NCBI GenBank assembly: GCA_021163775.1
Contig: JAGGTI010000105.1
Coordinates: 354-64,353, forward strand
Reading direction: 5' to 3'
Source: Candidatus Zixiibacteriota bacterium
GTDB taxonomy: Bacteria; Zixibacteria; MSB-5A5; GN15; FEB-12
Length of the DNA stretch: 64,000 bases
The translations under genes and the position numbers were made by a program. This document shows, piece by piece, positions 39,644-48,550 of the stretch. The number at the start of each line of letters is the position of its first letter. The stretch's first letter is position 1. The notes under the pieces are model-generated. The model was not told the DNA's origin, ran no database searches, and saw nothing but the letters and a program-made list of their open reading frames with translations.

Positions 39644-40069
39644 TCAGAATGGAAGGTCATCGTCACCGGCGGAACCTTGAGGCGGTCCAGACGGGGGCGG
39701 TTCGGAACCACCGGGTGCCCCACCACCACCAGTATCGCTACGGGAACCAAGGAACTGGATCATCTGCACAACGACTTCCGAGATGTATCCTTTCCCTGAA
39801 CCGTCTTTTTTGTCATACGACCGGTTGTCGATACGACCTTCGATATAGACTTGACGTCCTTTCCGAAGATACTCCTTGGCCAGTTCGGCCTGTTTACCCC
39901 AGGCCACAATATTGTGCCAGGTGGTTCTCTCATTTTTCTGACCGTCCTTACCGGTCCAACGCTCATTGGTCGCCAACGAGAAATTGGCTACCGCTTGTCC
40001 ACCCGGCGTATATTTCAATTCCGGGTCACTACCAAGATTTCCGATCAGGATCGCTTTGTTTACACTCAT
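39644..40069 (-). CDS. ssb: Single-stranded DNA-binding protein.
   Basis: 141 aa with an OB fold (MSVNKAILIGNLGSDPELKYTPGG...), a Gly/Pro-rich tail and the acidic tip DDDLPF. Confidence 0.95.
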   Translation of the reverse strand: MSVNKAILIGNLGSDPELKYTPGGQAVANFSLATNERWTGKDGQKNERTTWHNIVAWGKQAELAKEYLRKGRQVYIEGRIDNRSYDKKDGSGKGYISEVVVQMIQFLGSRSDTGGGGAPGGSEPPPSGPPQGSAGDDDLPF

Positions 40070-40205
40070 AACCCCAAGCCTCCGTTCAAAAAAGGGTGAC
40101 TAATATAACCTCTCTGTGTGGGGGCGTCAAGGTCAGGATAATTAGCTTGAATCACTCCGACCGATTCGCTATCGTTTCCACCAAAGAACATATTAGGAAT
40201 ACGTT

Positions 40206-41009
40206 TTGAATATTGATCAGTCAATCACATTGATAAAGAATTTTATCGCCGAACAGTTGCAGGCAACAGGACTGACTGGCTATGTAATCGGCCTGTCGGG
40301 CGGTATCGATTCGGCCCTGAGTGCCTCTCTCGCAGTAGCGGCGGTGGGACCAGAGCGAGTTTTGGGAATTATTATGCCCTATCAAAGCTCGGCGCCAAAT
40401 TCGCAGACCGATGCCAAAAAGCTTGTGCAAAAACTGGCAATTGACCATCGCATTGTCGACATTTCTCCCATGATAGACGCTTACTACCCGGAGATTACTC
40501 ACGACCTGCGCCTGAGAGCTGGCAACAAGATGGCACGCGAACGGATGTCTATCCTGTTTGACATTGCCCACGAACTCAATTGCCTGGTTCTTGGAACCGG
40601 CAATCGGACCGAGATCTGCTTAGGCTACACCACACTTCACGGCGATGCCGCCTGTTCAATCAACCCAATTGGGGAATTATACAAAACTGAAGTCCGGCTT
40701 CTGGCTCACAAAATGGGTGTTCCCGAATCGATCCTGACTAAACCGCCAAGCGCCGATCTCTGGACAGATCAGACTGATGAGGGGGAAATCGGCGTGACAT
40801 ACGATGATATCGACACAATCTTGCGAAAAATCATCGACGATCAGGTGACTTCAATGCCGAGTCTGCTCGAAACAGGGGTCAGGGAGGAACATATCAAGCG
40901 AGTGGTCGGATTACTCAACCGCAACGCTTTCAAGCGAAACCTCCCCCCTGAAGCTTCCCTCGGTCGGGCGTCGATACCTAACCACGTAACCCTGGACGGA
41001 TCACTCTAA
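40206..41009 (+). CDS. nadE: NH3-dependent NAD+ synthetase.
   Basis: 267 aa, TTG start, with the PP-loop GLSGGIDSALSASLA and the TGNRTEICLGYTTLHGD motif. Confidence 0.9.
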   Translation: MNIDQSITLIKNFIAEQLQATGLTGYVIGLSGGIDSALSASLAVAAVGPERVLGIIMPYQSSAPNSQTDAKKLVQKLAIDHRIVDISPMIDAYYPEITHDLRLRAGNKMARERMSILFDIAHELNCLVLGTGNRTEICLGYTTLHGDAACSINPIGELYKTEVRLLAHKMGVPESILTKPPSADLWTDQTDEGEIGVTYDDIDTILRKIIDDQVTSMPSLLETGVREEHIKRVVGLLNRNAFKRNLPPEASLGRASIPNHVTLDGSL

Positions 41010-41012
41010 ATT

Positions 41013-41723
41013 ATGCAAGAGACTCCCGGCACAATCTATCTGGTTCCAACTCCAATCGGTAACATGGGAGATGTCACGGCACGCGCCGCCGAAGTTCTGG
41101 CATCGGTTGATCTGGTGGCATGCGAAGACACCCGGAACAGTGGCGGATTGCTCAAGAAACTGGATATCAAAAAAAAGCTCATCAGCTATCACGAGTTCAA
41201 TGAGATAGATCGCGCCCAAAAGCTGGTGGATGCTGTTCGCGGTGGCCAAAGCGTAGCAGTTATAACCGACGGCGGTTCACCCGGTATCTCCGACCCAGCC
41301 TACCGGGTAGTACGTGCGGCTATCGATGCCAAATTGAACCTGGTCGCTTTGCCCGGACCGTGCGCAATAATCCCGGCGCTGACAGCTTCCGGGTTACCAA
41401 CCGACCGCTTTTTCTTTGAAGGTTTCCTGCCGAACAAATCGGCGGCTCGGGAAAAACGCCTGACCGAACTTGAGACTCTCCCACATACACTGATTTTTTA
41501 TGAGTCGCCTCATCGCGTTCACAAAAGTTTGGCCGCTATGCTGGAAGTATATGGCGATCGCAATGCCTGCCTGGCACGTGAAATTAGTAAGAAATTCGAG
41601 CAGTTCATCCGGGGACCGTTGAGTGAAATTATCGAAACAATCGACAACCGCACAGTCAAAGGCGAGATTGTCTTAATCGTGGCCGGCACCGGAATGCGAC
41701 GGAAGAAGCCATCTATTGAATAA
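41013..41723 (+). CDS. rsmI: 16S rRNA (cytidine1402-2'-O)-methyltransferase.
   Basis: 236 aa with IYLVPTPIGNMGDVTARA, CEDTR, GSPGISDPAY and LIFYESPHR motifs. Confidence 0.9.
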   Translation: MQETPGTIYLVPTPIGNMGDVTARAAEVLASVDLVACEDTRNSGGLLKKLDIKKKLISYHEFNEIDRAQKLVDAVRGGQSVAVITDGGSPGISDPAYRVVRAAIDAKLNLVALPGPCAIIPALTASGLPTDRFFFEGFLPNKSAAREKRLTELETLPHTLIFYESPHRVHKSLAAMLEVYGDRNACLAREISKKFEQFIRGPLSEIIETIDNRTVKGEIVLIVAGTGMRRKKPSIE

Positions 41724-42642
41724 TGTTGGAGTGAAAACAACACGCGCAGTCTATCTGATTGATCGTATCATCCTGGGTTACTGTTTGCTGATGACAGCTC
41801 TCCTATTGCTCCTGGGACGCCCTATAGGTGAGTATCTGGGTGAAATCGTGTTCTATATCGGCATGGCCGTACTGGTAGTTGTAATAGTGCGCTATTGTGA
41901 TGAATCGACTGGCGGTTGGAGTGCCTTCCTGCGCCTGTTGTACCCCGGTTTCATGTTTACTTTATTCTATCGGGTGACCGGCGGACAGATGTTTCTGATC
42001 TTCGACCAATTCCTTGACGCCGGGTTAGTATCATGGGAACACTCGTTGTTCGGTGAAAATCCAACAATCTATATCGACCGAGAACTGTTAAACGTCTGGG
42101 TAACCGAACTGCTTTCGTTCTGTTATTTCTGCTACTACCTGATGATCCCCGGTTTCCTGACCCGAACTTTCCTTCGGAAGGAGTACCGGATAATAAGACA
42201 ATACCTGGCGGCGGCGAGCCTGACCTTTTTCGCATCGTATCTGCTTTTTTGGCTTTACCCTATCGAAGGCCCCCGCTGGTTTTTTGCCGACCAATACATC
42301 AACAGTGTTGAAGGCCCGTTCTTTCGTCAACTGGTTGAACTGGTTATCGACAATGGTGCGGTCCGAGGCGGAGCGATGCCATCATCGCACACCGGTGTGG
42401 CACTGGTGACGTTGATCTTCTGCTTCCGCTATTTCCGCAAGGCCGGCTGGATTCTCCTGCCAATTGTCACCGGGCTGAGCGTGGGGACAGTCTGGGGGCG
42501 GTTCCATTACGTCAGCGACGTACTGGTCGGGGCATTGCTCGGAGTAGCGGCAGTATGGTTAGTGTGGAGATATTACGACCAAACCGAAACAATCGGATCG
42601 GTCAATCAAATAAAAGAAATGAGGACTGATAATGCATCCTGA
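41716..42642 (+). CDS. PAP2-superfamily membrane phosphatase/phosphotransferase.
   Basis: 308 aa and polytopic, with PAP2 motifs PSSHTG and GRFHYVSDVLVG near the C-terminus. The start codon is uncertain (TTG 41716 or GTG 41731). Confidence 0.65.
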   Translation: MNNVGVKTTRAVYLIDRIILGYCLLMTALLLLLGRPIGEYLGEIVFYIGMAVLVVVIVRYCDESTGGWSAFLRLLYPGFMFTLFYRVTGGQMFLIFDQFLDAGLVSWEHSLFGENPTIYIDRELLNVWVTELLSFCYFCYYLMIPGFLTRTFLRKEYRIIRQYLAAASLTFFASYLLFWLYPIEGPRWFFADQYINSVEGPFFRQLVELVIDNGAVRGGAMPSSHTGVALVTLIFCFRYFRKAGWILLPIVTGLSVGTVWGRFHYVSDVLVGALLGVAAVWLVWRYYDQTETIGSVNQIKEMRTDNAS

Positions 42643-43441
42643 ATTGTTCCATATTGGACCAGTACCAATCCGCGCCTGGGGCGTGTTCTTGGCGTTGACT
42701 TTCATTGTCGGTGTATGGTATGTCAAACGACTATCTGTTCGCGACAACAAACCGTTCGAGACTTTCTTGTCCTTTGCTTACATAATGATTTTCGGCGGGG
42801 TGATCGGTGCCCGGCTATCGTATGCGATTCTGCATTGGTCCGATTTCTCAGATAATCTGGGGGCGATATTCAACCCGTTCCAATCCGGCCAATTCGGGAT
42901 CGCCGGTTTGAATCTGTACGGCGGCGTCCTTTTGGCAATCGCAGGTTCGGTCGTTTACGCCTGGTTTAAGAAGGTGAACGTACTTGATATATTTGACTAT
43001 TTTGCTCCAACCGTTGGACTTGGTTTGGGAATCAGTCGTATCGGGTGTTTTCTCAACGGATGTTGTTTCGGCACCCCGACCGACCTCCCCTGGGGCGTGC
43101 AGTTCCCGGTCGGTTCAATTCCGTATTACACTTTCGGTACTGAGTATTTGCATCCGGCACAGCTATACAGTTCACTCTATGGCTTCGGACTGTTTATCCT
43201 CCTGCACTTCATGATTAAGCGCAGGCAGTTTACCGGACAGGTCGTAGCGATTTTGCTAATGACCGAGGCAGTGTTCCGGTTTGTGATTGAGTATGTGCGG
43301 TATTACGAATCCGAGATGCACTTTGAATTATGGGGTATGCACCCAACCTGGAACCAGGTGGTGTCCTACGGTTTGTTTATAGCTGGGTTGGTGATCTATA
43401 TCCTGGGTGTGGCTAAATTGCGAAAGAAAGCTGAGCAATAA
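42632..43441 (+). CDS. lgt: Prolipoprotein diacylglyceryl transferase.
   Basis: 269 aa with typical Lgt segments (GPVPIRAWGVF, GRIGCFLNGCCFG, HPAQLYSSLYG). Confidence 0.9.
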   Translation: MHPELFHIGPVPIRAWGVFLALTFIVGVWYVKRLSVRDNKPFETFLSFAYIMIFGGVIGARLSYAILHWSDFSDNLGAIFNPFQSGQFGIAGLNLYGGVLLAIAGSVVYAWFKKVNVLDIFDYFAPTVGLGLGISRIGCFLNGCCFGTPTDLPWGVQFPVGSIPYYTFGTEYLHPAQLYSSLYGFGLFILLHFMIKRRQFTGQVVAILLMTEAVFRFVIEYVRYYESEMHFELWGMHPTWNQVVSYGLFIAGLVIYILGVAKLRKKAEQ

Positions 43442-43447
43442 CTGTCC

Positions 43448-45550
43448 CTAACGAAGCACATTTAACTTGGGATACTGTATCTGAAGTTGCCTGACAACGG
43501 CTGAATCAAATCCCATTGAAAGCGCCCGCTGGAAGGCGCGTCCGGCTGGTTCGTACTGACCTCGCTTCAAATAAACCTCTGCCGCTCGGGTGACGTATTC
43601 GAGCGGTGCTTCCTTTAGCCAGGCTATTTCTATCAGGATCGCTTCATAATCCTCCACACGATTCTGTTGCTGATACAATTGTGCCAGGTATTCAAGGAAC
43701 TGGAAATTCTCAGGGGTCAAGTCGATGGCATCTTTCCAGATTTTCTCTGCTTTGTCAAAGTCACCCATACTGTAGTAAACACCGCCAAGATTGTTGTAGG
43801 TGTCAGGGTTGAACGGCATGCGAGCCGCCGCTACTTCAAGATAGTACAGGGCGGAATCATACTGTTCCAGGTTGGCGTAGGCCACGCCGAGATTGGCCAG
43901 GGACGTGTAGAACGAGGGATCAAACCGTATGACCTGTCGAAATTTCATCATCGCGGAATCCATCTGATCCCGTTGGATGTACTCCCACCCCTCTATGTTC
44001 CACCCCTCCTGTGGAAACACCAAATTGTTCTGAAGCTCGCGCCGCCGGGCCTCATCTTCGCGATTATGCTTCTTGAGATACTCTCCGAGAATGAAGCGAC
44101 CAGTCCTATTCTTAATGCGATCCAGCGCGGCGTAGCGGTCAAAAAGCGCGACACCAAGCTCTGGGTCAACCTGTGTCGCCACCCTCGGACCGAGCAGGAG
44201 CAGGCCGAGAGTAATGCCCAAGACAGCGATGCGGACGCCATTCCGTGGGCCGTCACGATCAAGAAGCAGGTAGTAAAATAGCAACGTCAGCGGAATGCCG
44301 GCGAAACTGAACAGATCCCAATCACGCGGCATACCTAAGCCGGGGTTTATTAGAAACACAAGACCAAGCGAAGGCACCAGGACAAATAACAGAAACAGGC
44401 AATCAGGTTGTAGCACACGCGCCCGCGTCCGAGCTGAAAAAAACAACGAAACCAGAATCAGAACCCCCGGCAATAGCAAAAACAGTTGATTGGCGTAATC
44501 GAACAAATGCTTCGCAGAAAGCAACCAGTAACCCTCGACCGTATGTTGATCGGGCCAGAGCGGCACAATTGTGAACCGAAAGAAAAACGAGTTCAGATAC
44601 AGATAGAAAAAGACCGCGAGACTTACGGCAACTATGCCAGCTGATAAAATAACCAGCGTCGATCGTTTCATGGAGGCAATCCGGTTGCCCCAGGAACTGC
44701 CGTGCAACAGAATGAAAATAGCCGCCGGAATCAAAACGACGGCAAAAATGTGAAACAGAGCCGCGAGCGCCAACGGGATCAGCGGAAGCCAGCGAGGCGC
44801 TCGGCCTCGTTCAACCAACAGACCGACTTGCCCAAATAAACCCACGGACATCACGAAAAGCGGGTAAGACTCAAAATAACCGAAGAAAAGTAACATATAC
44901 CCGCCGGTTGCAATTCCAAGTATGAACAACATGCGATCCACAGTAGTATGATACAGGCGAGTAGCGGTGACCGCGGTGGCCAACAACAAGATCAGTCCGG
45001 ATGAACAAGAGACGATCTGAAGTGCAAATCGAGCGGCACTTTCACCGGTGCCACCTAATAGTTGATACACTGAGTTAAGGACCAGAAACGTCCCCTTCTC
45101 CCATGGTTTGTGATTCACCCCGTTCTGGAGCCATGACAACAACTGGTAGCCGTCACCCAAAAAATGAGTCTGGCAACGAAAGAAATAGAACGCGGCACCT
45201 GCGACAATAATTATCAGGAAAACGAGCAGAGGAGACAGAGAACGACCGGACGATGGAGCGGTGTCAGGTCGGTCATAATTCTGACGCCAACCGAACATCA
45301 CGACCGGTACAATCAAGACTGCCACAGCCAGCACGAGCCAGAGGTACCAATCAAAGTACCCGTACCAACTCAGCCCCCAAAGGCGTTGCTCCGGGAAAAA
45401 TGAAGCGGCAAAGATAGCTCCCAGAGTAATCAGATAGGTGATGACAGCGGTGCGTGAAAAGTTGGAACCGGCGGCGGAAATCACTTTCGGAATCCCAGTG
45501 CTTCCGTTCTCAGCCGATTTCGAGCATCCGCTGGAGTGACAGCAAGGCAT
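43448..45550 (-). CDS. Polytopic membrane protein with C-terminal TPR repeats (possible PMT/GT39-like glycosyltransferase architecture).
   Basis: 700 aa. About 480 aa carry many TM helices, followed by TPR units (ANLGVAYANLEQYDSALYYLEVA, YNNLGGVYYSMGDFDKAEKIW). The annotated start overlaps nadA by 41 nt, so the true start may be later. Confidence 0.6.
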   Translation of the reverse strand: MPCCHSSGCSKSAENGSTGIPKVISAAGSNFSRTAVITYLITLGAIFAASFFPEQRLWGLSWYGYFDWYLWLVLAVAVLIVPVVMFGWRQNYDRPDTAPSSGRSLSPLLVFLIIIVAGAAFYFFRCQTHFLGDGYQLLSWLQNGVNHKPWEKGTFLVLNSVYQLLGGTGESAARFALQIVSCSSGLILLLATAVTATRLYHTTVDRMLFILGIATGGYMLLFFGYFESYPLFVMSVGLFGQVGLLVERGRAPRWLPLIPLALAALFHIFAVVLIPAAIFILLHGSSWGNRIASMKRSTLVILSAGIVAVSLAVFFYLYLNSFFFRFTIVPLWPDQHTVEGYWLLSAKHLFDYANQLFLLLPGVLILVSLFFSARTRARVLQPDCLFLLFVLVPSLGLVFLINPGLGMPRDWDLFSFAGIPLTLLFYYLLLDRDGPRNGVRIAVLGITLGLLLLGPRVATQVDPELGVALFDRYAALDRIKNRTGRFILGEYLKKHNREDEARRRELQNNLVFPQEGWNIEGWEYIQRDQMDSAMMKFRQVIRFDPSFYTSLANLGVAYANLEQYDSALYYLEVAAARMPFNPDTYNNLGGVYYSMGDFDKAEKIWKDAIDLTPENFQFLEYLAQLYQQQNRVEDYEAILIEIAWLKEAPLEYVTRAAEVYLKRGQYEPAGRAFQRALSMGFDSAVVRQLQIQYPKLNVLR

Positions 45551-46595
45551 CGGCTCGGTCTGACTCGGGTACCCTGATCGGTTTCAGGTCGGCGTGATGG
45601 TCCAGACAATAAGCCAAATCGTTGAGCGTAGTGCGGTACATGTTGGCACAGACCGGACAAATTTCACCCGACAACTGGAGAATCGTTTTGTCGGGGTATT
45701 CTTCGGCCATGCGGTGGATCAGGTTGACTTCGGTACCAATCGCAATCACCGAACCGGCAGTCGCCTTTTCGCAATACTCAACTATGTACCTGGTAGAACC
45801 GGCCCCATCAGCCGCGTCAACCACATCAGGTATGCACTCGGGATGGACAATAACCTGCACGTCGGGGTATTCTTGTCGGATATGAGTAATTTGGTCTACC
45901 GTAAAATTGGTATGGACATGACAATGACCCTTCCAGAGAATCAGGCGAGCCTGTGCGATTTCGTCTTCGGTCAAGCCGCCGTTCTGGCGAGAGAAATCCC
46001 AGATGACCATTTCTTCCGGTTTAAGACCAAGCTGATTTCCGGTGTTCATACCGAGATTTTCATCGGGAAAAAAGAAAACTTTATCGCGTCGGTCATAAGC
46101 ATATTCCAGGGCGGCCCTGGCATTCGATGAAGTACATATCAAACCACCATTTCGACCGGTAAACGCTTTGAGACCGGCGGTGGTGTTCATATACGAAACC
46201 GGCATAAACTGATCGGCCCCGCCAAACGGTTTGAGGTATTCCCAGGCTTCGAGCACATCTGCCATATCAGCCATATCGGCCATTGGGCAACCAGCTAACG
46301 GGTTGGCCAGGTAGACCATTTGCTGATCAGAGGTGAGGACATCGGCTGATTCAGCCATGAAATGTACGCCGCAGAAAATAATTATCTCGGCGTCTTTTTG
46401 TCCGGCCGCCAGTTTCGACAGGGCATAACTGTCGCCCAGGTAATCGGCGTGGGCAACTATTTCCATTCGCTGGTAGTGGTGCACCAACAAACAAAGTCGG
46501 TGACCCAGCCTGCTACGAGCTTCTTCAATCCTATTATTGAGAGTAGCCGCATTAGCCTCACGGTATTCTTCAGGCAAAGAGAAATACATAGTCAC
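45510..46595 (-). CDS. nadA: Quinolinate synthase.
   Basis: 361 aa with FCGVHFMAESADVL, ICTSSNA and VHPECIPDVV segments and conserved Cys residues for the Fe-S cluster. Confidence 0.9.
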   Translation of the reverse strand: MTMYFSLPEEYREANAATLNNRIEEARSRLGHRLCLLVHHYQRMEIVAHADYLGDSYALSKLAAGQKDAEIIIFCGVHFMAESADVLTSDQQMVYLANPLAGCPMADMADMADVLEAWEYLKPFGGADQFMPVSYMNTTAGLKAFTGRNGGLICTSSNARAALEYAYDRRDKVFFFPDENLGMNTGNQLGLKPEEMVIWDFSRQNGGLTEDEIAQARLILWKGHCHVHTNFTVDQITHIRQEYPDVQVIVHPECIPDVVDAADGAGSTRYIVEYCEKATAGSVIAIGTEVNLIHRMAEEYPDKTILQLSGEICPVCANMYRTTLNDLAYCLDHHADLKPIRVPESDRADALLSLQRMLEIG

Positions 46596-46598
46596 AAA

Positions 46599-48047
46599 TC
46601 ACTTGGCTTTACGCTTGATAAACTCCACGGCCTGTTTCATTCGCTCCACGACAACTGGCTGACCTAATACAACCAACATCTCGTACAATCCAGGCCCTTT
46701 GGAGATCCCGGAAACCGCCAGACGAGTCGGGTGAATGATTTTGGCTTTCTTCAGATCGTGCGACTCAGCCAATTCGGTAAGGGCGGCATCGGTGGTTTCT
46801 TCGGTGAAACTCGTCAACTGCTCAAAACGACTGGTCAACTCTTCAAGAAGTTCGGCACTCTCAGGAGTAAAATGCTTGGCGGCCGCTTTTTCTTCGTACT
46901 CACCATCAAACTTGAAGAAATACCCGCCCTGAACAGCCAATTCCGCGATAGACTTGATGCGTGGTTTCAATAGATCGACAACCTGCCGAAGGTACTCCCA
47001 TCTTGTCTCCAGCCAGTACTTGGTAGTCAGATCTGCCTCGACCAGTATCGGTGCGGCGAGTGCGGCCAGGTCGTGGTCGCTCATCTCCTGAATGTAAGAC
47101 TTATTAAAAGACAGTAGCTTGTCCATATCGAACACGGTATTGGCACTGTTGAGATTATTGATATCAAACATCTCTACCAATTCGGCCGGTGAGTACAGTT
47201 CGCGGTCAGTCTTGGGCGACCAACCCAAAAGCGCCAGATAGTTAAACATCGCCTCCGGCAAAATACCGTCATCACGGTAGTCGCCTATAGCTTTGTCGCC
47301 TTTTCGTTTTGAGACTTTACTCTTGTCCGGACGCAGGATCAACGGCACATGGCAGAAAACCGGCAGATCGTACCCCATCGCCTGATACAAGACCACCTGC
47401 TTAAACGTGTTGGTGATGTGATCGTTGCCGCGAATGACATGCGTGATGCCCATATCGTGATCGTCAACAACCACCGCAAAATTGTAAGTTACACTGCCGT
47501 CTGACCGGGCGACGATGAAATCTTCGATATCGTTGCTACTACGAGTCAGTTGTCCGGCAAGGAAATCATCGTAAACCACATCCCCATCCGGAATTTTAAT
47601 CCGCACCACCGGTTTTTCGCCAGCGGCTATACGTGCCTTAACCTCATCATCAGACAAAGCCAGACAGGTGCGATCGTAGCGAGTATCCCCTTTTTCAGCA
47701 ATAGCCTTCTTGCGCCTGGCGTCGAGTTCTTCCCTGGAACAGAAACAGTAGTAAGCGTAGTCGGTCTTGACAAATTTTTCAAGCTGTTTGGCGTAGAAAT
47801 TTTCTCTCTGCGACTGGTAGATCAAATCGTTGTCCCAATCAAGACCGAGCCACTTGAGGCCATCAATAATCGGTTGAATGAACTCTTCCTTGGAACGTTT
47901 CTTATCGGTATCCTCGATCCGAACCAGAAATTCCCCTCCGGTGTGCCGAGCAAACAGATAATTGAACAAGGCGGCTCGAGCCGTACCGACATGAAGATAT
48001 CCGGTTGGCGATGGGGCAATGCGGACTCTCACGTTGGGGTCGCTCAT
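46599..48047 (-). CDS. gltX: Glutamate--tRNA ligase.
   Basis: 482 aa with RIAPSPTGYLHVGTARAALFNY (HIGH-type) and KVSKRKG (KMSKS-type) motifs. Confidence 0.95.
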   Translation of the reverse strand: MSDPNVRVRIAPSPTGYLHVGTARAALFNYLFARHTGGEFLVRIEDTDKKRSKEEFIQPIIDGLKWLGLDWDNDLIYQSQRENFYAKQLEKFVKTDYAYYCFCSREELDARRKKAIAEKGDTRYDRTCLALSDDEVKARIAAGEKPVVRIKIPDGDVVYDDFLAGQLTRSSNDIEDFIVARSDGSVTYNFAVVVDDHDMGITHVIRGNDHITNTFKQVVLYQAMGYDLPVFCHVPLILRPDKSKVSKRKGDKAIGDYRDDGILPEAMFNYLALLGWSPKTDRELYSPAELVEMFDINNLNSANTVFDMDKLLSFNKSYIQEMSDHDLAALAAPILVEADLTTKYWLETRWEYLRQVVDLLKPRIKSIAELAVQGGYFFKFDGEYEEKAAAKHFTPESAELLEELTSRFEQLTSFTEETTDAALTELAESHDLKKAKIIHPTRLAVSGISKGPGLYEMLVVLGQPVVVERMKQAVEFIKRKAK

Positions 48048-48475
48048 GGTGTCTCCGAATTAGGATTTGATGGCGGTAGGTCAGGGGCCGGTAGTGGCGG
48101 AGGAGGGGGGGGTTGCATCGGCTCAGTATGAACTGGCTGGGTCTGCTCAACCGGATCGAGAGTCATCTCAATGCCACCCACAAACTTAGCAATTAGATTG
48201 TAAGCTCCGATTATGATAAGGCCAAAAAGCGTTTGAAATATGGCCCCACCAACAGCAAAAATGAACGGTAGCAAAATAAAAAACATCGGTCCAATGATGT
48301 CAGTATCAAACGGCATCTGTCCGACATCATCAAATGGCATGGCCGAACTAATAGCCAGCATGAGTGCCATAAAACCGGCATACAGTAAACCGAAAACAAA
48401 ACCGATAATCAGGTTAAGAAAAAACGAGACTTTAACAAAAGCCCAGGCGCCGAGTGACTTTACTTCATAACGCAT
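48044..48475 (-). CDS. Small integral membrane protein with a Pro-rich C-terminal tail.
   Basis: 143 aa with 3-4 TM helices, then ...EPMQPPPPPPLPAPDLPPSNPN. 4-nt overlap with the gltX start. Confidence 0.5.
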   Translation of the reverse strand: MRYEVKSLGAWAFVKVSFFLNLIIGFVFGLLYAGFMALMLAISSAMPFDDVGQMPFDTDIIGPMFFILLPFIFAVGGAIFQTLFGLIIIGAYNLIAKFVGGIEMTLDPVEQTQPVHTEPMQPPPPPPLPAPDLPPSNPNSETP

Positions 48476-48550
48476 TGTAAATCTCCGTAGGAACCGGGGT
48501 CGACTAAATTATCATAAACGCTCGTGCGTAAACTGTGCGTCGGTTCAGTT

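Noticed and set aside
43667-44281. 204-aa plus-strand ORF inside the TPR membrane protein gene.
   Set aside because: It is an antisense shadow ORF. The minus-strand frame carries clear TPR repeats.
47550-48131. 193-aa plus-strand ORF inside gltX.
   Set aside because: It is antisense to gltX, and its G-rich tail mirrors the Pro-rich tail of the neighbouring gene.
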